Assembly: GCA_026936335.1 (NCBI GenBank)
Contig: JAPMXV010000063.1
Span: 161,578-225,577 of the forward strand
Direction of reading: 5' to 3'
Length of the DNA: 64,000 nt
Origin: Mantamonas sphyraenae STR306
Taxonomy: Eukaryota; Protista; CRuMs
The translations under genes were made by a program, and so were the position numbers. Below, one piece after another: positions 14,045 to 24,595 of the stretch. Each line of letters starts with the position of its first letter. Position 1 is the stretch's first letter. The notes beneath the pieces were generated by a model. The model saw only the letters and a program-made list of their open reading frames with translations, did not search any database and was not told where the DNA came from.

Positions 14045-14084
<40 letters not shown>

Positions 14085-14961
14085 CTGCTTGGTGGCCAAC
14101 GTCCTCTCTCCAAAACACAACACACATCGAATCCCCCCCCCTCTCCCACCGTTGCCTTTTGCCCACTCCACACTACGACTCACCTCTTCCTCTTTGCGTT
14201 GCTTTTCCATCTCCAGGCGCTTTTGCTCACGCTCCTTGTTGGCCTTGCGACGTCGTTTGGCCTCCTCTTTCTCACGTCGTCGCTTGGCATCGAGCCGCGA
14301 CTCCATTTGCCTCTCCTGCTTTGTGATTTGAATCTCGTGCAGCAGCATCTGTTCCAGCTCCTGTCTTTGACGCTCTTGCAACCGTGCGTTGCGCTTAGCC
14401 TCCTGTGAGATGTCCATGGGTGTCAGCAAGGCGTTTGCCAAAAAGCCACGGCCAACGGATTTCTGCGAGCCTCACCTTTTCCACCATCGACGACTCGACG
14501 TCGGCGCCCGTGGAGCCCAAAGAATGCACACTGCTGGCAGTGGATGCAAATGACGCATTCAGGGTCTCGCTCTGTCGCTGTAGTATGGGTACGCGTGGAA
14601 TGGAAGGAAAAGAGAGTGTGTGAGTGGACGATTGAAAGGGGTGCGAGGTGTGAGAAACATGACGCTTCATCGTCCCCCGTCTCTGCCACCCACACCCACG
14701 TACACGCTCTGCATCCTGCTCTTCCTGAATGATTTGCTTGCGTGCCTCGCGGATCATGCGAATCTTTTCGTGGCGCGCATCCTCGTACTGCTCGAAGCGG
14801 GCGCGTTGAAACTCGGCGTCAAAACCGAGCGACTCAAACGCAGACACCGGTTTGAAACGCAGCTCGTCGACAAGGATTCCCTGGCGGCGACACGCCTCCA
14901 CAGAACGAGGTGAGGTCAGCACCGCGTTTTTGCTTTTCGGATCAAAACTCTCGATGGACAT
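12134..14961 (-). CDS. Long coiled-coil protein of unknown function (possibly cytoskeletal/flagellar); multi-exon
   Basis: E/K/R-rich heptad exons; first exon MSIESFDPKSKNAVLTSPRSVEACRRQGI; C-terminal helical block QNEELLRVLEVEQNKELERE. Confidence 0.7.
14051..14081. repeat. (GT)n microsatellite in an intron
   Basis: About 15 uninterrupted GT units. Confidence 0.95.
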
Positions 14962-15013
14962 TGGCGCTTTTTGCGTGCGCTGGCGCTTGCGCTGCCACCC
15001 ATCCGCGGACTGC

Positions 15014-15472
15014 ATGAGCACACGACCCACGCTGCATGTGTACAAGCAACTGCTTCGAAAGGCCAGATTGCTGCCGGGGGGCAGAGACAAGGCACAGGCG
15101 GCCGTGGAGGAAGTGCGGCGAGAATTTCGGAAGCACCGAAACGTTGAGGAGCCTCAGGAAGTTGCAAGACTGATGCATGTGGCTCAGGACAAGCTCAGTT
15201 ACCTCAACATGATCACTCCTCGTGTGTACAGCCGCGTAGACCTCGGGTTGGCGAGTGAAAGTGCTGCCACGGGTGGCGGAAGCAGCAGCGACGGGCCTTT
15301 GGCCGCGCAGGGCAGCAGCCGCAGCTTTGTGGTGCGCGATGGCAAAGTGGTGGAGGCGGATACAGTTACAGACGAGTCGGGGCGAGTTGTCTCCGGCAAT
15401 GGAGTCGATCCAGACGCGTTGAAGCGTCACCAGCGATTGCTGCGGCGCCAGCACTTTATGGACCGGAGGTGA
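15014..15472 (+). CDS. LYR-motif mitochondrial protein (Complex1_LYR family)
   Basis: LHVYKQLLRKARLLP...VRREFRKHRNV...VARLM fits the LYR/LYK-F helical pattern. Confidence 0.8.
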   Translation: MSTRPTLHVYKQLLRKARLLPGGRDKAQAAVEEVRREFRKHRNVEEPQEVARLMHVAQDKLSYLNMITPRVYSRVDLGLASESAATGGGSSSDGPLAAQGSSRSFVVRDGKVVEADTVTDESGRVVSGNGVDPDALKRHQRLLRRQHFMDRR

Positions 15473-15602
15473 TAGAGAGAGACAGAGAGACAGAGAGGAA
15501 ATGGTTTATGAGGTAGGCGGGGTGAAGGGGAATGGTGTGGAGTTGCAAAATGGAATGTGAGCTGCGCGGAAGCGGCCAACCTGCCCTCTTTGTGCCGTTG
15601 TC

Positions 15603-16633
15603 ATGGCTCGAAAGCGAAAGCGAAAGCAGCGCATCTACTGTTACTACTGCGAACGCGACTTTAAGGATGAGGGCACACTGCTGACGCATCAGCGGGCCAA
15701 GCATTTCAAGGTAGGCGAAGTGGAGGGAGCGTTGCTGGCCACCGAGCCGCGGAGGGGTTGACACACAGACCATGCACACACACACAAACCCAAACACAGT
15801 GCCCGGTATGCCACAAGAAGCTGCAGAGTGTGACGTCGTGTGTGATCCATTTTGACAAGGTGCACAAGGAGGTGCTGAAAAGCGTGCCCGGAGCCATGGA
15901 GGGCCGCACAAGCGTGCAAGTGTCTGTGGTGGGCATGCAGGGCATTCCAGGGTCGGAAGAGTCTGGAAGCAGCGGGACTGACGCAGGCAATGGCGTGACA
16001 GACACGGGCATGGTTGAACCAGACGTCAAACGGATGCGCACAGAGTATCAACCGCCACTCCTGGGCATGCCCAACCCCATGGGCGGCGGAATGATGCCGC
16101 CGGCTCCAATGTACGGTGGAGGCATGGGTGCGGGCATGGGCATGGGCCCACCGCCGATGGCTCCGCCGCAGTATGGCTACGGCTACGGGTAGGTTTGTGG
16201 CAGCGGAAAGCGCGCGCCGGATGCAAGTGCTGACATAGAGGGTGCCATGGTGGCTGCCACCTCCCACAGGATGAACCCTCAGATGGGCATGCCGATGGGC
16301 ATGCCAATGCATGGTGGTCCTATGCCCATGCCCATGCAGGGGATTCCCCAGCAAGGGATGATGGGCGGCTACCCAGGGATGATGCAAGGCGCCGGCATGC
16401 AGGTCAACGGCAATGTGCAGACACAAGCAAACACAGCCAGCAGCAGCAGCAGCAGCAGTGGTTTGGGCGCAGGTACGATCAATGGCAATGGAAGCAGCAG
16501 CAGCATCAGCGGAGGCGCAGGAGGAGAGAGTGACACGCAGAGCGCAGCAGCTGGCAAGGACACGATGGAAACAGAAGGCAGCACGCAGACGCAGGCACAG
16601 AGCCAGGGAATGGGCTCGCAGACAACCAACACA

Positions 16634-16666
<33 letters not shown>

Positions 16667-16849
16667 GCAGGCGCAGGTGTAAACACAAGCAACGCAGAGG
16701 CGAGCAAGAGCACCCAAGACGGCGTCAAGAAGGATGGCAAGGTCGTGGTCATGGATTTTGATCCCGAGGACGAGGGCTTGTCCATGGAAGAGCTGCGCGC
16801 CATGATCTCTCGCTATTCATTCGTGGACGAAGAGGCCGACGACGAATGA
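15603..16849 (+). CDS. ZNF207: BuGZ/ZNF207/SUF4-like C2H2 zinc-finger protein; 3 predicted exons
   Basis: MARKRKRKQRIYCYYCERDFKDEGTLLTHQRAKHFK|CPVCHKKL...H...VHKE...VPGAMEGR...VVGMQGIP, a Pro/Met-rich middle and a C-terminal SMEELRA (GLEBS-like) motif. Confidence 0.92.
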
Positions 16850-17169
16850 AGAAGCACTTCCAATTCGCGTTCCAGCGCCTGTCGTTCCAGATCAGCCAGG
16901 TGGCATTGTGCACGCAGACGATTGAGCTCGTCCTCGCCTCCATCACCCAGCTCTTGGAGCACGACAACCTCGCGAGCGTGCTCCAACACGGCACAACTCA
17001 GTTCGTGTTCAAGTTCCTGAGTCACGCCTCGCAATTCAAGCAAACGGGCCTCTGCCTGTGCCACGAGGTCTTCCAGCTCGCCCACCTGCTGAACCCAGGC
17101 AGCGTGTGTCCGATGCAATGCCACTGCATCGTCGTCTTGCGTTTGGATGTCGTCGTGGTCGTGGCTCAT
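16813..17169 (-). CDS. Possible small coiled-coil protein (about 118 aa) overlapping the ZNF207 3' end
   Basis: E/L/A-rich heptad ORF starting MSHDHDD that fills the otherwise empty gap between ZNF207 and DNAL1; no family recognised. Confidence 0.4.
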   Translation of the reverse strand: MSHDHDDIQTQDDDAVALHRTHAAWVQQVGELEDLVAQAEARLLELRGVTQELEHELSCAVLEHAREVVVLQELGDGGEDELNRLRAQCHLADLERQALERELEVLLHSSSASSSTNE

Positions 17170-17209
17170 GCTCAATGCGACACAGACAAACCAGCCACCT
17201 CTTGTTGAC

Positions 17210-18315
17210 ATGGTAGGTGATGCGCACCACACGGACGAATCTGCTGTGGGCAACCCACTGACATCTGGCATGCATTGCACCACCACCCGTCCCATTCCAC
17301 AGAGCTCCAGTGGCCAGAAGGGTATCCCGCTGAAGGAAGCGCTGAAGGAACTCGCAAACGAGGGCTCCAACCCCAGCGATGAGCAGGAGATCCTGTTGTA
17401 CGGACACAACCCGCCCATTGACAAGATGGACAGCAGTGTGGGCCAGCTCTCGTCCTGTGTGTACGTTGTGCCTCGTCGCTGGCCCGTCGATGCTCGCCGT
17501 TGTGGCCGACCTCGATTTTGGCCGTTGGCGCCAACGTTGTTCTCTTGCGGCCTCTCACCGCCGCATGGACCCTCCTCATGCGCCGCACCGCAGCTGACAC
17601 GGTCCAATTCGACTCCTACCACAGAAAATTGTCGCTGTCCACAAACAACATCAAGTCCATCGGCCCGCTGAACGGCCTCTGTACGTTTCCAGCCGGCGTG
17701 GTCGTCGCCAACTGTGCCTCACCCCTACGCGCACACACATTTGCTGACGCCGTTGCTGTGTCCCCCGTCGTCCTTCCTACACAGCCAATCTCAAAATCTT
17801 GAGCCTGGGACGCAACCTGATCAAGAAGCTGGAGAACCTGGACGCCGTCGCAGGGACGCTGGAAGAGCTGTGGATCTCCTACAACCAGATTGAGCGCCTC
17901 AACGGCATCACGCCGCTCAAGAAGCTCAAGGTGCTCTTCATGTCCAACAACCTGGTCGACAAACAGTCTGAGTTTGACCGACTCGTACGTTTTCCCTCCC
18001 AATGTTGAGCGGTGAGCCGTTGTTTTGTGCAAAAGGCTGGAGGCTGACGTTCCCCCCCTTGTCCCCATCGACCTCGTGCCTCCACAGTGTGACCTGCCCG
18101 CGTTGGAGAATCTCCTCATGCTGGGCAACCCGATCATGACGAAACAGGACGTGAAGGACTGGCGCCGCATGGTGCTGAAGAAGCTGCCGGATTTGAGGAA
18201 ACTGGATGGTGACACACTGCTGGCCGATGAAGACGACATCGACGAGGACGACGTTGCGGAGTCGTCAGGCGCCGCTTCCTCTTCCTCCTCGTCGTCGTCG
18301 TCGTCCTCCAGTTGA
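17210..18315 (+). CDS. DNAL1: Axonemal outer-arm dynein light chain 1 (LRR); 5 predicted exons, first exon only ATG
   Basis: [73 protein letters not shown]. Confidence 0.93.
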
Positions 18316-18428
18316 TGGGAAAGATGGGATGCAGAACAGGACTTTTTTTGCACACGCTCTCTCCACCAACCACATTGTTTGCACACCTGTAGCATATCCA
18401 CACGTGCACACACACCCGTTATTTCATT

Positions 18429-18952
18429 ATGCCCGGTTTGAAAGGTCTGATCAAGGAGAAAGAGGCGGAAAAGTCGTTTTGGGAACGCGCATACGACACG
18501 GCGGTGTCTTGGATTGGTCCGCCGCAACGTCGCGCCAGGATGTACAAGCAGGTCAACGATTCGGTGGGCAAGGCCGCAGAGGTGACGTACAACTACGGCA
18601 GCTCGGCGCTGTGGTTTGGAGCCACCGTCTTTGTGGTCAGCGCAGTGCCCACTCTGTTTACGCACGAGCTCGAGGGGATCAAGGTGAGTGCTGACGCCAG
18701 AGAGAGTCCACAGTCGTACATTCGCCCATGTGTATGCCCTCCGCACGCAGGGGTGACATCGCAAATCCTCCGACTCTGCTTCCTGCCCCAGTCGGAAGGC
18801 AACGGACTTTGGCGAGGAAATGCGCACGACCCGCAAACACCTCCGGCGCGCTGACACGCAAGGCACCCTTTACACAGCGCGAGCAACGCATGCAGCTGAT
18901 TGAGTATGGACGTGCACAGGCCTCTGAGGCCCGCCGAGGATTTGTCATGTGA
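18429..18952 (+). CDS. TOM22: Mitochondrial import receptor Tom22; 2 predicted exons (last exon uncertain; alternative stop at 18854)
   Basis: SFWER...PP...ALWFGATVFVVSAVPTLFTHE resembles the Tom22 TM pattern (W..T.....P...E). Donor GTGAGT at 18684. Confidence 0.7.
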
Positions 18953-18961
18953 GCAAGTGCA

Positions 18962-21116
18962 TTACAGGGTGAAGGAAAGTGCCGCACACACACACACCGC
19001 CAACAAAGTCCACATGCCGAGGACCACACCGCTAGCTGCCGAGTACGTCTTGAAAGGATCGCTGGTGGTCGCCTTGACGGCGCTGGGGCAGGCACGGGAG
19101 TACTCTGGGCAGGTGATGGAGCCCTGAAGGCCGCCGTTGTTGACCTGCACCACGCCGCCCGCCGTGGGGCAATCCACGTAGTTGCTCGTGCCTGTGTCGA
19201 CCAGCACCTTGAAGGTGTTGCCTTCGCACTTGGTCTGGTAGCACTTGGGCTCGCTGTTGGCCTGTGCACCTCCGCTTGCCACGTTGCTCATCACACACTT
19301 GCTGCCGTCCACACCGTACCGTTCGCCGTTGTTGGTGCGCGAGCTGGAGCCTGCGCTGCTGTCTGCACACAGACGGTACGGCGTCGACAACGACGGGTAG
19401 CCACAGTAGTCATAGAAGGAGGACGAGCCACCTGTGGTTGGCGAGGTGTAATGCTGGTACCACGGAGGCAGCGACAGGTGTTGGGTCACATCACAGCTTG
19501 CTGCGCCATACAGATTTGCGTCGCAGTTGACTGCGCCGGAGCTGGAGCAAAAGTAGGCCGAGCTGCGGTCGTTGCAGTCCTTCTCCACAAAGTCGCACCC
19601 TGCGCCGTGGCCGTAGGGGAGCGCCTGGATATGCGACGAGTCCCAGTTGATACTGTAGTGACCTGTGTCCTGCAGAAACGCCAGTGGGAAGGCGGACATG
19701 ACCGGGTACACGCTGGTGGACGCCGTCATCATCTCAATACCCAGGATGCGCTTCTCAAAGTGGGACCCAGCCGAGCCCGTTCCTCCGCCATCCTCCAGCG
19801 CCACGCCGTTCACGAGTGCGCTGCATCCAAAGTGTTTCTGGGCCACATCCATCACGGCAGACGTCTTCAGGTACGACACCGTGTGCGACTGGCTGCCGTA
19901 CGTCGTCGTCACCTCCTTGATGACGCTCGAACGCGGCAGGAACGACGTGTACGACGACGGCGAGCTCGGGTTGCGGAACTTCTCGTACATGCTGGACGTA
20001 AAGCCCAGGGCGTGCATCACCTCGTGCATAATCACTTGGATGTCCCCTTCCTTCTCCTCCACGCCCGCCGAACTAGAGGCACCCGTCATGTGCTGCGGCC
20101 CCCAGTTGACGTGCCCTGCAATCGGTCGCGTACGAAACGCCAGGCACTGCGACGTCGTGTGTGCCACGTTTGTTTGTTTATGTGCCGTGTGGCGTGTGTC
20201 TGTGTCAGAGAGGTGCTACGGCGAGTTTGTGTCCTGGAACACTTTTTTGTGGGAAAAGCTGCAGGCGTTCTCGGGTTTCCCGGCTGCGGTGCGTGCCACC
20301 TACCTGTCCAGCGTAGGCGACGGTGCCTCCAAACGTAGGACGGCCTGTGAGGAAGAGCGCAATGTCGTAGGTGTCGAACGCGGTATCCTTTCCGCCGGTC
20401 ATGGCCGCCGGGACGGGAACACCGCCGTAGAAGCCGCAGTTTGTTCCGTCCTCAATCTGTGCCGCGTGAGAGATGCAAGGAAATCGTCAGCACATGTGAC
20501 AGAGAGAGAAAGAGAGAGGGCACAGATACTCAGCGGCACGTACCTTGATGCCACGGGGCGTGGGTTCGACCAGAAGCACATCTTCGAGGCGCTTCTCCAC
20601 TTCGGGCAGGATCTGGTTGACCACATAGTCGTGCTTGGCCTGGGTGAGCACAAGGGAGGAGGTACACGTGCCTGAGCAAGCGTCCTCAGTGCCGTCCGCG
20701 CACTGGGTGCTTCCGCCAGACCCGGACTTGTAGGTCTGCCCTGCGGTGTAGCAGGTGCGGTCGCCGTCACTGTTGAGCGAGAAACGGGACAAATCAAAGC
20801 GAATTCGGATTTTGCCGCGTGTCTTTGTGCTCATCAGCGTCAGCTCGCCGTCCTCTGCGGCGTCGCCGTTTTGGGAAAGCGCGCCTGCCGCGTCGCGTGC
20901 GTTCAACAGCTGCTGCTGCTGCGAAGGCTCACCGGCCTCCTTCACCTTCCATCCACTCTGTTCGTGCGTGTGCATCATACGGTCGTGCATGCACTTGTGT
21001 TCGCGCGGACGAGCGTCCAAGGGCTTCTCGCCTGCGTCCAGATGGCCTTGCACCTGTGCCACACACGCAACCATCAGCATCACTGCCAAAATCTGTCCCA
21101 CATTGTCCTTGTTCAT
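18962..21116 (-). CDS. Leishmanolysin/GP63-like metalloprotease (peptidase M8), secreted and probably GPI-anchored; multi-exon
   Basis: Signal peptide, propeptide HKCMHD, HEVMHALGF zinc motif, LEDGGGTGSAGSHFEKR, Met-turn EMMTA, Cys-rich C-terminus and hydrophobic tail. Confidence 0.93.
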
Positions 21117-21181
21117 GGCCACTTTGCAAGAGGATGGGATTTCGTTGGAGGCGATCGTGGACGCAACCCCCTCCAAACAAA

Positions 21182-23033
21182 ATGTCCGACGAGTACACCT
21201 TTGAGGACTTGCAGCAACGCATCGACGACCTCTCCAACGAGGACCCGTCCACTCTGTTCGAACTCACGGACCTGTTGGGACGTGGCTCCTACGGCTCCGT
21301 GTACAAGGCCCGCTACATCCCGACCTCGGAAATCGTGGCCATCAAGATGATTTCCCTCGAGGAGGGCGAGGAAGGCATTGAAGACATCAAAAAGGAGATC
21401 GACATCCTGCGCCAGTGCGACTCGGAGTACATCGTTCGCTACCGCGGCTCTTTCTTCAAAGGCTCCAATCTGTGGGTGCGTTACGGGCCCGAGCGTGCAA
21501 ATCTCCCTCCCGCTCCACACAAAATGACCCGGAACTCACACGGACATGCGCCACGCCTTGGATGGCCATGGCAACCAAAACCACACCTATCGCGGCTCCG
21601 CCGTGCCACACGTCCGCTGTGTGCTTCTCTTCTTTGTTCCACAGATTGCCATGGAGTACTGCGGCGGAGGGTCTTGCTCGGACTTGGTGCAGATCCTGGA
21701 GGGCCCCATGAGCGAGGACGCGATTGCGCTGATCTGCAGGGACGCGCTGCGAGGCCTGCAGTATCTGCACGAGCAGAAGAAGATCCATCGAGACATCAAA
21801 GGCGGCAACATCATCTTGACCGAGGAAGGCCGTGTGAAGCTGGCCGACTTTGGCGTGTCTGCACAGCTGGTCAACACGTTTAGCAAGCGAAACACATTCA
21901 TTGGGACGCCATTCTGGATGGCGCCGGAAGTGTTGCAAGAGTCGATGTACGACGGCAAGAGCGACGTGTGGTCGCTGGGCATCACTGCCATCGAGTTGGC
22001 CGAAGTGATTCCTCCCAAGGCCAACATCCATCCTATGCGCGTGATTTTTATGATCCCACGCGACCCGCCGCCCACCCTTACGGAGCCGCGCAAGTGGAGT
22101 GTCACCTTTCGTGACTTTCTCAGCAAGTGTTTGGTGAAGGATCCGAAGCGTCGGCCCACTGCGGAGCAGCTGCTGCGCCACAAGTTTGTCACCGACGTCA
22201 AGTCGTACGGCGTGATTGTGGATGAGATCGAACGCATGCGTGCGGTGGTGGAGGAGCGTGGTTACGGTCTGCAGGACGGTGAGGCGGACGAGGGCGAAGG
22301 CTTGGACGAGGGAGACCCGTCGGGCACCATGGTGCTCAACACAACCAAAACCGACGGAAGCGAGGACGTGTTTGGCACAGCGGTCAACTATGGCACGTCG
22401 CGGTTTGGGACGAGCGGCAGCGAAGACGAAGTGCCCGCGTTCATCGCCAACATCCGGCAGAACAAGGGGGCCAGCCGTACCTACGACGAGGAGGAGGATG
22501 AGGACGAGGAAGACGAGGAAGAGGACGAAGACAGCGACTTTTTCGGGGGAGGCACAGTGCGCATGACCTCGTCGGCGTCGTCGGGCAACACAGAGAAGCC
22601 GTCGTTTCTGCAGCGACTGCAAGCAAACGGAGGCTCATCGGCGTCGCTTGTGGCACCGACCACACCCAAAAAGGGCATTGCCGAGGATGCGTCCAAGGGA
22701 TTTGGGCTGGACGACAACCTGTATGGGATCTACCAGAAGGGCTCAACCATCGGCATCCCATTCCTCAACCTGACCTACCTGAGTGCAGAAAACATGCTGG
22801 CGACGGACTATGAACAGAACAACCTGACGTCGACCATCAACGAGCTGTCCAGCAACTACGAGGAGCTGGCTGAGGAGTTGAACGTGACACCGATGATCAG
22901 CAACCTGCTCAAAACGCTTGCGTATCACCAGCGTCGGCAGGAGGAGATCCCCATGACGGCCAAGGAGATGGACCAAAACCGACGAGTGGTCACAGAGCTG
23001 ACGACGGCTCTCAAGACGGTGTACAGGGTGTGA
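21182..23033 (+). CDS. STE20/GCK-family (MST-like) Ser/Thr kinase; 2 predicted exons
   Basis: GRGSYGSVYKA, HRDIKGGNI, DFGVSAQL, RNTFIGTPFWMAPEV, IHPMRVIFMIP. Confidence 0.93.
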
Positions 23034-23083
23034 AGAGGGGAATGAACACATTGCGATTGTGCTGCCAACGCATTGCCCACACC

Positions 23084-24447
23084 ATGGACGTCCGTCCCTT
23101 TCATCTCTTGTGCAAACACACACACCAGGCGTTGTGCCGGTGTCCAGAGGGGGCGTCTGCCAAGGAGCATGAGGCACGCGTGGAGAAGGAGAGTGCAGCC
23201 AACGCGCGGCTGCTGCGGCTGCTGGCCACCAACAGCACACGCGTGGCTCGCTTTGTACAGAACCAGGACTCTGGGGAGGAGCAAGAGTCGGCGCCGCGGG
23301 AGTTTGTCATGTTTGAGCCCAATCTGGAGGCGTACGTGTGCGAGCGGGTGCCGGGAGGGGATTGGGTCAGGATCAGCGCGTTGACACGGCCCACATACGC
23401 ACACGAACACACGCACACAGGACGCCTCCACCTGGCGCAAGTGAAGAGTATCCCGTGCCAAACATGACGCTGTCTGAAGCAGCCAAACAAACAAGCTTGG
23501 GCAGGCAGCCGCGGATCCCGTCGGGGTTCGAGCTGTTTGCGCGCGAGCTCGTGGAGCAGTTTGACGAGAAGGGCGCGGTGGCAGTGCGAAGCAAAGGACA
23601 AACAGAGGAACGACAGCAGTCGTCGTCGTCGTCGTCATCATCGTCGTCGTCGTCGTCGTCGTCGTCATCGTCATCGTCTGCGGCAGTTGTGGAAAGCGGG
23701 AGTGGAGACGACGCGGAAGACGCGTACCTGAGCGAGGAGGACCTGAGCGCGCAATGGATGGCGTTGAGCAAAGAGGTGCAGGAGGGATACACAGCACGTG
23801 CAAAGCTGCTGCAGTTGCAGGTGCAGCAGCAGGAGAAAGAGGCGCGAAGCGTGCTGGAACTTGCCAACTCGGGTCAGCTGGTGCCTCCGCCCGTGGAGCT
23901 GTCGCTGGAGCCACGAGCCACCAAGTTCAACCTGGCCATGAAGGCGGCGTCGAACAGGAGCAACAAGGAGGAACGGCTGCGCATGTACGAGGTGGTGGCC
24001 AAAGAATACTTTAGCAGCATTGACCAGGCCACGTACAATGCCATCAAGGTCAACGCCTCCCTCGACGTTTACCAGGAATATGAGGCCAAGTTCAACCAAG
24101 TGGCACGGGAGCTGCGAGGCAACGATCTGCTGGCCTTTGCTGTGCAATTCCCCACCGCTCGACCCTACCTGGCTTCCGTCGACGCCCGATATGCCCAGCA
24201 GCTGAAATCGCACCGCGAGAAGCTGGATGGCCTCAAGAAGCAGGCCAAACTCGGCTCGCTGGACCATGCAGGGGTCCAGTTTGTCATGCAGGGACCCACG
24301 CCGCAGAAACGCCAGCGCGAAGAGAGTGGCGGTGCTCAGGACGACGGCCAGATGGATGTGCAGGACACGAACGAGGCCTACGACCAAGCTGCCAAGAGGC
24401 AGCGTGTGGAAGAGAGCGAGGGTGTGGCCATGGCGCCGGCAATGTGA
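23084..24447 (+). CDS. HMG-box-like protein with poly-Ser insert; at least 2 exons
   Basis: PRIPSGFELFARE...LSAQWMALSKEVQEGY resembles an HMG box interrupted by a Ser tract. Start and first exon are uncertain. Confidence 0.55.
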
Positions 24448-24595
24448 CGCGGTTTCTTGTTCATTCCTGCCGAGCCGATTCTTCATCTTCTTACTGCCGT
24501 TGCGCAAACAGCGCGCCGGCGTATGTCTGGTTCTGGATAGTTACCTTGTTGCGATATGTGATGCTTCTGTTGTTGTTTAACACGTACGTGCTGGC

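Noticed and set aside
9296-23033. Functional cluster of mitotic genes (NDR kinase, Dad4, BuGZ, STE20 kinase)
   Set aside because: They are interspersed with unrelated genes; there is no evidence beyond chance proximity in a dense genome.
23619-23678. TCG/TCA and CAG trinucleotide tracts as a special element
   Set aside because: They are ordinary coding microsatellites giving poly-Ser, recurrent in many genes of this window.
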